Shown piece after piece: positions 57,877 through 64,000 of a stretch of DNA of 64,000 bases. The stretch comes from Myxococcota bacterium. Its GTDB lineage: Bacteria > Myxococcota_A > UBA796 > UBA2385. The notes under the pieces are model-generated. The model ran no database searches and had not been told where the DNA came from. It was given only the letters and a program-made list of their open reading frames with translations. The stretch's first letter is position 1. Every line of letters starts with the position of its first letter. A program made the position numbers and the translations under genes. The stretch is taken from the NCBI GenBank assembly GCA_044344255.1, contig JBIJDH010000003.1, positions 96,001 through 160,000 on the forward strand. Reading direction: 5' to 3'.

Positions 57877-59663
57877 GCCCCCGGCGGGCGGGGGCCCTCA
57901 TCGGGGCGGCGGCGGGGGCAGAGCTCTCCTTGCTGCTGCTCCTCTTCATCCAGGTGCAGAACCCCTGGTTCGAGGACTCTCCTGCGCTCTACCTTGGGCT
58001 CGTCGCCGCACCGTTGGCGCTGCTCTGCGCGCTCCCGGGCGTCCTCTTCGGTCCCCGCCTCTCCCCGGCCGTGGCCCGCGCCTTTGGCCGGCCGGCGGGG
58101 CTCCTCCTCGGCATGACCCTCGGCCTCGTCTTGATCCTCGGCCCCCTGTGGCCCCGCCCGAGCCCCTCGGGCCGGGTGCGCCTGCTCGTGCTCGGCCTCG
58201 ACGGCGCCACCTTCGAGCGCCTCGACGCCCTCGAGCTCCCCGCGCTCTCTCGCCTCGCGACGGAGGGGGCTCGGGCCGACCTGATGAGCATGGAGCCGAT
58301 GTTCTCGCCCCTGCTCTGGACCACGATGGCCAGCGGGAAGCCCCCCGAGCAGCACGGCATCCACGGCTTTCACGTTCAGGCCACGGACTGCAAGGCCGCG
58401 CGGTTCTGGGACGTGATGAGCGACGCCGGCCTGTCCGTGGGCACTTGGAAGTGGCTCGTCACCTACCCGCCGACCCGCCTCGCCGCCTTTCAGATCCCGG
58501 CCTGGCTCGCCCCCTCCACCGAGACCTGGCCCCCTGACTACCAATTCGTGAAGGAGATCGAGCTCTCCCGCCGCAGCCACCGCCGACAGGTCGCGCAGCG
58601 GCGCGGCACCCTCCGCCTCGCCTGGGAGGGCGTCCGCCACGGGATGCGGATGAGCACCCTCGCCCGCGCCGCGCGGTATCGCCTCTCCGAGGCCCTGCTC
58701 GGCCCCGATCCGCTGCGGAGCTACTACGAAGGGCAATTGCTTCGGGTGGAGATGGACCGCGACGTCTTCGTCTATGCCCTGCACACCACCAGCCCCGAGG
58801 TGGTGACCTTCACCGACTACGCGACCGACGCCATCGCCCACAAGTTCTGGAAGTTCCACGAGCCCGACCGCTTCCCGGGCGTCGATCCGGCCCTCGTCTC
58901 TCGCTGGGGAGAGGCCGTTAATGACAGCTACCGACAGGCCGACCAGCTCCTCGCCGAGCTCCGAGAGGAGGTGGGCCCCGGGGCGACGGTCGTGGTCCTC
59001 TCCGACCATGGCCACCGCGCGCTGACGGCGGTGGGAGAGGGGATCTACTTCACCCCCAAGACGGAGCGCCTCCAGGCTCGCCTGAGCGCCGAGGTCGGCC
59101 CCGCCGACGTCACCCGCCTCGGCCACAAGCTCGTCGTCGGCCTCACCGGGCCGGACCCCGCGGCCGAGGAGGTCGCCTTGGTCGCCTGGCTCGATCGCCT
59201 CACCCTCTCCAGCACCGGCGAGCCATTCTATCGGCTCGAAGACATCCCGGAGAACCCGCAGGCCGTCGGCCTGTCCCTGCGCCGCGAGTCTATCGGAAAG
59301 GACGAGCTCGAGCGCGCGACGGTGGGCGGAGATCCGCTCCATGACTATGTCAAGCGCGTCGAAGACGAGTCGGGCGAGCACGACGCGCGCGGGGTCTTCC
59401 TCGCCGCCGGCCCGGGCCTCGTCGCCGGTCGGTCACTGCCGGCCCTCCGCCTCTTCGACGTGGCGCCGACCCTGCTCGCCCTCGTCGGCCTCCCCGCCGC
59501 CGAGGACATGCCGGGCGCGGTCGCGGAGGGCCTCTGGGAGCGCCCGCCTGTCCTGCCCTCGCGGCCCGCGTCCTACGACCGCCTCGTCCCCCTCCGCCCG
59601 CTAGAGTCGGGAGAGGCGGGCATCAATGAGGAGCAGCTCAAGCTGCTGGGGTACATCGAGTGA
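57873..59663 (+). CDS. Membrane-anchored alkaline-phosphatase / type I phosphodiesterase superfamily protein
   Basis: Three N-terminal TMs; VLGLDGA, SPLLWTTMASG, HGI, TDAIAH, SDHG, GEHDARG, DVAPT. Confidence 0.85.
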   Translation: MSPRRAGALIGAAAGAELSLLLLLFIQVQNPWFEDSPALYLGLVAAPLALLCALPGVLFGPRLSPAVARAFGRPAGLLLGMTLGLVLILGPLWPRPSPSGRVRLLVLGLDGATFERLDALELPALSRLATEGARADLMSMEPMFSPLLWTTMASGKPPEQHGIHGFHVQATDCKAARFWDVMSDAGLSVGTWKWLVTYPPTRLAAFQIPAWLAPSTETWPPDYQFVKEIELSRRSHRRQVAQRRGTLRLAWEGVRHGMRMSTLARAARYRLSEALLGPDPLRSYYEGQLLRVEMDRDVFVYALHTTSPEVVTFTDYATDAIAHKFWKFHEPDRFPGVDPALVSRWGEAVNDSYRQADQLLAELREEVGPGATVVVLSDHGHRALTAVGEGIYFTPKTERLQARLSAEVGPADVTRLGHKLVVGLTGPDPAAEEVALVAWLDRLTLSSTGEPFYRLEDIPENPQAVGLSLRRESIGKDELERATVGGDPLHDYVKRVEDESGEHDARGVFLAAGPGLVAGRSLPALRLFDVAPTLLALVGLPAAEDMPGAVAEGLWERPPVLPSRPASYDRLVPLRPLESGEAGINEEQLKLLGYIE

Positions 59664-59832
59664 GGGTCGGATCCGGGGTGTTCACGCGGCCATTGAAGCG
59701 GCGGGGGGTGAGCTGGTCGGCAAGCTCCTGCGTGTGAGCCGGCCCCAGCGCTGAGGTGCGGTGTTGGAGTCCGCCCTCCGAATAGGCAGCCCCTGCTGCA
59801 TTGGGGTACGTCGGCCGCCGGAGGGCTCCATC

Positions 59833-60708
59833 ATGGCCAGGGTGACGGTGATCGGTGCAGGTCTGCTCGGTTCGGGCTTCGTGACAAACCTGCTCGCGAA
59901 GGGTGAGGCGGTGACGGTATGGAACCGGTCGCCGGAGAAGCTCGCGCCCCTGGTCGAGCGAGGGGCTGTGGCGGCGGCCAGCCCGGCGGAGGCGGTGCGG
60001 GGGGCCGACCGCGTCCACCTCGTGCTCTCGGAGGATGACGCCGTGGAGGCCGTCGTCGCGGCCTTCGCCGGCGCGCTCGGGGACGGGGTCTTCGTGATCG
60101 ACCACTCCACCAACGCCCCGGCCCGGGTGGCCGAGCGGCACCCGCGCCTGCGCGCCCAGGGCGTCCGCTATGTGCACGCCCCTGTCTTCATGAGCCCGGC
60201 CAACGCCCGCGAGGCCGGCGGACTGATGCTGCTGGCGGCCTCGGCGGAGGAGGCGGACGCGCTGGCGCCCCTGCTGGCGCCGATGACGGGCCGCGTGTGG
60301 TTTGTAGGCGAGCGGTGTGACCTCGCCGCTACGCTGAAGCTCACTGGGAACGGCGTGCTGCTCAGCCTCGTCGGCGTGCTCGGTGACCTCATCGCGATGG
60401 GAGAGGCCCAGGGCCTCAGCCCCGAGCAGGTGCTCTCGCTCTTCGAGGTCTTCAAGCCGGGCAATTCCTTCGGCTTCTTTGGCTCCCGCGCCGCTCGAAA
60501 GGGGGCGGGGCCCGCGAGCTTCGAGCTGCAGATGGCCCGGAAGGACCTCCGGTTGATGCTCGAGGCGGCGGGCGGTCCCGATGACCTCGTCATCCTCCCC
60601 GCGGTAGCGGCGGCGATGGATCGGGCGCTGGAGGAGGGGCACGCCCACAAGGATTACAGCGTCTATGCGTGGCCGCGCGGCCGCCACGGCGCGCCGGGCC
60701 AGGGCTGA
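59833..60708 (+). CDS. 3-hydroxyisobutyrate / 6-phosphogluconate dehydrogenase family NAD(P)-dependent oxidoreductase
   Basis: IGAGLLG, WNRS, IDHST, APV, LKLTGN, KDL. Confidence 0.9.
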   Translation: MARVTVIGAGLLGSGFVTNLLAKGEAVTVWNRSPEKLAPLVERGAVAAASPAEAVRGADRVHLVLSEDDAVEAVVAAFAGALGDGVFVIDHSTNAPARVAERHPRLRAQGVRYVHAPVFMSPANAREAGGLMLLAASAEEADALAPLLAPMTGRVWFVGERCDLAATLKLTGNGVLLSLVGVLGDLIAMGEAQGLSPEQVLSLFEVFKPGNSFGFFGSRAARKGAGPASFELQMARKDLRLMLEAAGGPDDLVILPAVAAAMDRALEEGHAHKDYSVYAWPRGRHGAPGQG

Positions 60709-60716
60709 GCGAGCGG

Positions 60717-61934
60717 GTGGAGCGCCCGACGCCGCCTGTCCTGTCCCGGGGCCGCTTGCTCGGCCTCGTGGGGGCGCTGTATTTCGCCCAGGGCATGCCC
60801 GCGGGCGTCGTCACCGAGCTCATCCCGGTCTGGCTGAAGGATCGCGGCACGTCTCTTCAGGACATCGGGCTGGCCAGCTTGATCGGGCTCCCCTGGACCC
60901 TCAAGCCGCTCTGGGCCCCCCTGGTGGACCGCTACGGGAGCGCCGGGCGGTGGGTCGGCGGCGCGCTGTTCACCATCGCCGCGCTCCTGCTGCTGCTCCC
61001 CCAGGTGGCCGACCGGCCCGCCCTCCTGTGGCCGCTGCTGGTGGGGATCGTGCTGGCCTCGGCCACCCAGGACATCGCCATTGACGGCTTCACCGCCACG
61101 GTGGCGCCGCCCGCAGAGCATGGGCGAGTCAACGGGGTCCGGGTCGCGGCCTACCGGGGCGCGCTGCTGGTCGCGGGCGGCGGGGCGGTCGCGCTCGGCG
61201 GCAGCCTGCCCTGGGCGGTGGTCTTCGCGCTCTTGGGCGGTCTCGCGCTGCTGCTCGCGCTCCCCACCCTGTTGCTGCCGGTGATCCCGCGGGCCCGTGT
61301 GGGGTGGGGGGACTTCGCGGGCGGCCTTTGGGCGTGGGCCAGCCGAGACGGCGCCGCGCGTGGCCTCGGCCTCGTGGCCTTCCTCGTGTTGTTCAAGCTC
61401 GGCGACGCGGCGATGGGGCCGATGGTCAAGCCCTTTTGGATGGATGTCGGCCTCGGTGTAGAGGAGATCGGCTTCATCTCGATCACGCTCGGCGCGGCGC
61501 TCACCGTCGGCGGAGCGATGGCCGGCGGTGAGCTCGTCAGCCGCCTGGGGCTCTTCCGGGGCCTTTGGATGCTCGGCCTCGCGCAGGGGGCGAGCAACCT
61601 CGGCTATGCCGTGGTGGCGCTTGAGCCCTCGCGCGCAGGGGTCTATTTCGCCAGCGTGGTCGAGAGCTTCAGCAGCGGCCTCGGGACCGCCGCCTTCCTG
61701 GCGACCCTCACCCGCCTCTGTGACGGCGAGCAGGCCGCCACCCGCTTCGCCCTGCTCACCGCGCTGGGGATGATCGCCCGCACGATCGCGGGGGCGGTCT
61801 CGGGCTATGGCGCTGCAGGCTGGGGGTACCCGACCTGGTTCGCGTTCACCTTTGTGCTCTCGCTACCAGCATTTCTGCTCCTCCCGGTGGTCCGCGAACG
61901 GCTGCGTGGCTCCGGCGACGGAACGCAGGTGTGA
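60717..61934 (+). CDS. ampG: AmpG-like MFS permease
   Basis: LYFAQGMP, PWTLKPLWAPLVD, SATQDIAIDG, FKLGD. Start uncertain. Confidence 0.8.
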   Translation: MERPTPPVLSRGRLLGLVGALYFAQGMPAGVVTELIPVWLKDRGTSLQDIGLASLIGLPWTLKPLWAPLVDRYGSAGRWVGGALFTIAALLLLLPQVADRPALLWPLLVGIVLASATQDIAIDGFTATVAPPAEHGRVNGVRVAAYRGALLVAGGGAVALGGSLPWAVVFALLGGLALLLALPTLLLPVIPRARVGWGDFAGGLWAWASRDGAARGLGLVAFLVLFKLGDAAMGPMVKPFWMDVGLGVEEIGFISITLGAALTVGGAMAGGELVSRLGLFRGLWMLGLAQGASNLGYAVVALEPSRAGVYFASVVESFSSGLGTAAFLATLTRLCDGEQAATRFALLTALGMIARTIAGAVSGYGAAGWGYPTWFAFTFVLSLPAFLLLPVVRERLRGSGDGTQV

Positions 61935-62012
61935 ACATGCTTTGCACATGGCTTGTGCATGAGATATCCTTCCGGTGCTGACGACTTCCGGTGCTTCGAG
62001 CCTTCCGGGATC

Positions 62013-62056
62013 TTGACTGTTCCGACAGGTTGATTATTTCGAAGGTTAGGAATATC
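62013..62056 (+). promoter_or_regulatory. Putative promoter/operator of the MarR-ABC operon
   Basis: TTGACT at 62013-18 followed by the AT-rich imperfect palindrome TATTTCGAAGGTTAGGAATA. Confidence 0.4.
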
Positions 62057-62062
62057 CGTCCC

Positions 62063-62536
62063 ATGGTTGAAGCTGCCCCGGTCCCCGATCGCCTCGCCCT
62101 GCTGCTGGAGCAGCTCCTCGGCTTGTTGCACAGCAACATGGCGGGGGAGACGCTGATGATCATGCACGAGTCCGGTCTGACGATGCCGCAGATCGTGGCG
62201 ATGCACGTGCTCCGGCACCACGGCGCACAGTCGATCAGCTCGCTGCAGGACTTCCTCGGCCTCTCGGCCAGCGCCACCAGCCACCTCGTCGATCGCCTTG
62301 TGGAGCATGGCAGCGTGGCGCGCTCGGAGGACCCCGGTGATCGGCGCCAAAAGCGGGTCGAGCTCCGCCCGCAGGGGCACGCGCTGCTGGGCCGCCTCTC
62401 CGAGGCCCGCCTCCGAGAGCTGGGGGGTGTCTTGACCCAGCTCGACCCGGCCCTGCAGGCCCAGCTCGCCGAGATCATGCAGCGGGCGATCGCCAACCTC
62501 CAGGCGGCGCTCCCCGCTCCTCGACTCCCCTGCTGA
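62063..62536 (+). CDS. MarR-family transcriptional regulator
   Basis: LTMPQ, SATSHLVDRLVEHG, DPGDRRQKRV. Confidence 0.9.
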   Translation: MVEAAPVPDRLALLLEQLLGLLHSNMAGETLMIMHESGLTMPQIVAMHVLRHHGAQSISSLQDFLGLSASATSHLVDRLVEHGSVARSEDPGDRRQKRVELRPQGHALLGRLSEARLRELGGVLTQLDPALQAQLAEIMQRAIANLQAALPAPRLPC

Positions 62537-62593
62537 CCGTTCTCCGCTCCGGCCTTTGCCGCTGATCCCTGAACTTCGTTCCTGGAAGGTCTC

Positions 62594-63283
62594 ATGCCCC
62601 CCATCGTCCAGATTCAGAACGTCACGAAGGACTACCCGCTCGGTAAGCTCACCGTCCGCGCCCTCCGCGGGGTCGACCTCGTGATCGAGAAGGGCGAGTT
62701 CCTCGCGATCGCTGGGCCCTCCGGCAGTGGAAAGACGACGTTGCTCAACCTGATCGGCTGCGTCGACGTACCGACCTCCGGCGACGTGTTGGTGGACGGT
62801 CACGCCACGGCGCGGCTCAACGATCGGGAGCTCACGAAGCTCCGACTCTTTCATATCGGGTTCATCTTTCAGAGCTTTAATCTGATAAACGTGCTGGATG
62901 TTTATCAGAATGTCGAGTTCCCGCTGCTGCTGCAGGGGACGCTGAGCGCCGGGGAGCGGCGACTGCGGGTCGAGGCCCTCGTCGACCGGGTCGGCCTCGC
63001 CGGCCAGCTGCACCAGCGGCCGAACGAGCTGTCGGGCGGCCAGCGGCAGCGGGTGGCCATCGCGCGCGCTCTGGTCACCAAGCCTTCGCTCATCCTCGCC
63101 GACGAGCCCACGGCGAACCTCGACTCTGTGACCGGTGACTCCATCATTGACCTCATGCGCGGCATGAACGAGAGCGAGAAGACCACCTTCATCTTCTCGA
63201 CCCACGACCACCACGTCATGGCCGCCGCCCGTCGGATCGTGCGCATCGCCGACGGGAAGGTCGTAACCGGGGAAGCGTCATGA
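62594..63283 (+). CDS. ABC transporter ATP-binding protein (LolD/MacB type)
   Basis: [37 protein letters not shown]. Confidence 0.96.
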   Translation: MPPIVQIQNVTKDYPLGKLTVRALRGVDLVIEKGEFLAIAGPSGSGKTTLLNLIGCVDVPTSGDVLVDGHATARLNDRELTKLRLFHIGFIFQSFNLINVLDVYQNVEFPLLLQGTLSAGERRLRVEALVDRVGLAGQLHQRPNELSGGQRQRVAIARALVTKPSLILADEPTANLDSVTGDSIIDLMRGMNESEKTTFIFSTHDHHVMAAARRIVRIADGKVVTGEAS

Positions 63284-64000
63284 ACGGTCTCCGCCTCGCC
63301 CTCCTCCTCGCGGTTCGAAACCTGGGCGCTCACAAGGTCAAGAGCGCCATCGTGGGCACGATCCTCTTCGTGGGCACCTTCTTCATCGTGGTCGGGAGCT
63401 CGCTGCTCGACAGCATCCAGACGGGGATGGAGCGGAACATCACCTCTTCTGTGGCGGGAAATCTCCAGATCTACTCCGAGACCGCGAAGGACGAACTCGC
63501 GATCTTCGGCGGCATGAGCTTCGGCGCCTCCGACCTCGGTGACATCCCCGATTTCGACAAGGTAGCAGGCCCGATCTCGAAGCTTGACAACGTCGCCGCC
63601 GTGGTGCCGATGGGCATCGTGAACGGGACCGTGTTCGGCCAGAACGACATCGACGTGGTGTTGAACGGACTCCGCGCCGCGGTGGCCGCCGGGGACACCG
63701 TGCGTCAGGACGTGCTCATCGGGCGGGTCCGCCGGATCGTGTCTACGCTCGGCGGTGAGCTCGACAACCGCGCCGCGCTGGTGGCCGACAAGGCCAAGCT
63801 GGCGCGAGACAAGGAGGCCCTGACCGAGGCCGGCTCAGACGCCTTCTGGGAGGGCTTCAAGGCCGCGCCGCTGCCGGCTCTCGACTTCCTCGACGGTCGA
63901 ATCGCCCCGCTCGCGACCGACGGGCGCTTGCTGTACATGCGCTTGATCGGCACGGACCTGCCTACGTTCACAAAGACCTTCGATCGGTTCTACGTGGTGG
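63280..64000 (+). CDS. FtsX/MacB/LolE-type ABC permease (partial, runs off the window)
   Basis: ATGA overlap; [45 protein letters not shown]... then a large periplasmic region; open to the window end. Confidence 0.82.
   Translation, partial: MNGLRLALLLAVRNLGAHKVKSAIVGTILFVGTFFIVVGSSLLDSIQTGMERNITSSVAGNLQIYSETAKDELAIFGGMSFGASDLGDIPDFDKVAGPISKLDNVAAVVPMGIVNGTVFGQNDIDVVLNGLRAAVAAGDTVRQDVLIGRVRRIVSTLGGELDNRAALVADKAKLARDKEALTEAGSDAFWEGFKAAPLPALDFLDGRIAPLATDGRLLYMRLIGTDLPTFTKTFDRFYVV

Noticed and set aside
62845..62915. AT-rich patch inside the ABC ATPase gene
   Set aside because: It coincides with the Phe/Ile/Asn-rich Q-loop region; too short to claim foreign origin.
41..63214. Long antisense or off-frame ORFs (e.g. 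41-1591, 1619-3292, 7488-10268, 17059-19326, 30205-32901, 42642-45329, 57420-59381)
   Set aside because: Shadow ORFs expected at very high GC; they lie over motif-bearing genes and have no recognisable motifs.

Overview
Very GC-rich bacterial DNA, probably Myxococcota: there is a MYXO-CTERM-type tail at 1-198 and many lipoproteins with very short signal peptides. No rRNA, tRNA or CRISPR array was seen. Two apparently undescribed biosynthetic loci dominate the window. (A) A minus-strand type II FAS/PKS-like locus (1.7-9.8 kb and 14.3-24.1 kb). It encodes FabZ, two KS + chain-length-factor-like pairs, an enlarged ACP, three FabG-like reductases (one lacking YxxxK), a nitroreductase, a class III aminotransferase, two membrane proteins and three radical SAM enzymes. 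Two of the radical SAM enzymes have the motif layout of the archaeal tetraether synthase Tes/GDGT-MAS (MJ0619) family. A ~4.5 kb block splits the locus and holds Cys-rich lipoproteins, an adenylate cyclase, an IS3 remnant and a 5'-truncated phosphatase. (B) A 25.5-40.4 kb locus centred on a fusion of a motif-intact GyrB 43-kDa ATPase domain to a class I SAM methyltransferase (no TOPRIM domain). Around it are a paralogous methyltransferase, a B12-type radical SAM enzyme, a QueG/CblC-like Fe-S protein, a rubrerythrin that has lost most iron ligands, two sulfotransferases, an amidinotransferase-fold enzyme, a sulfatase-like protein and an EamA-HflK fusion/HflC/HflK trio. The rest (40-64 kb) is mostly ordinary genes, plus a candidate structured intergenic RNA at ~47.26-47.42 kb. 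All family assignments are from motifs read by eye; no searches were run.
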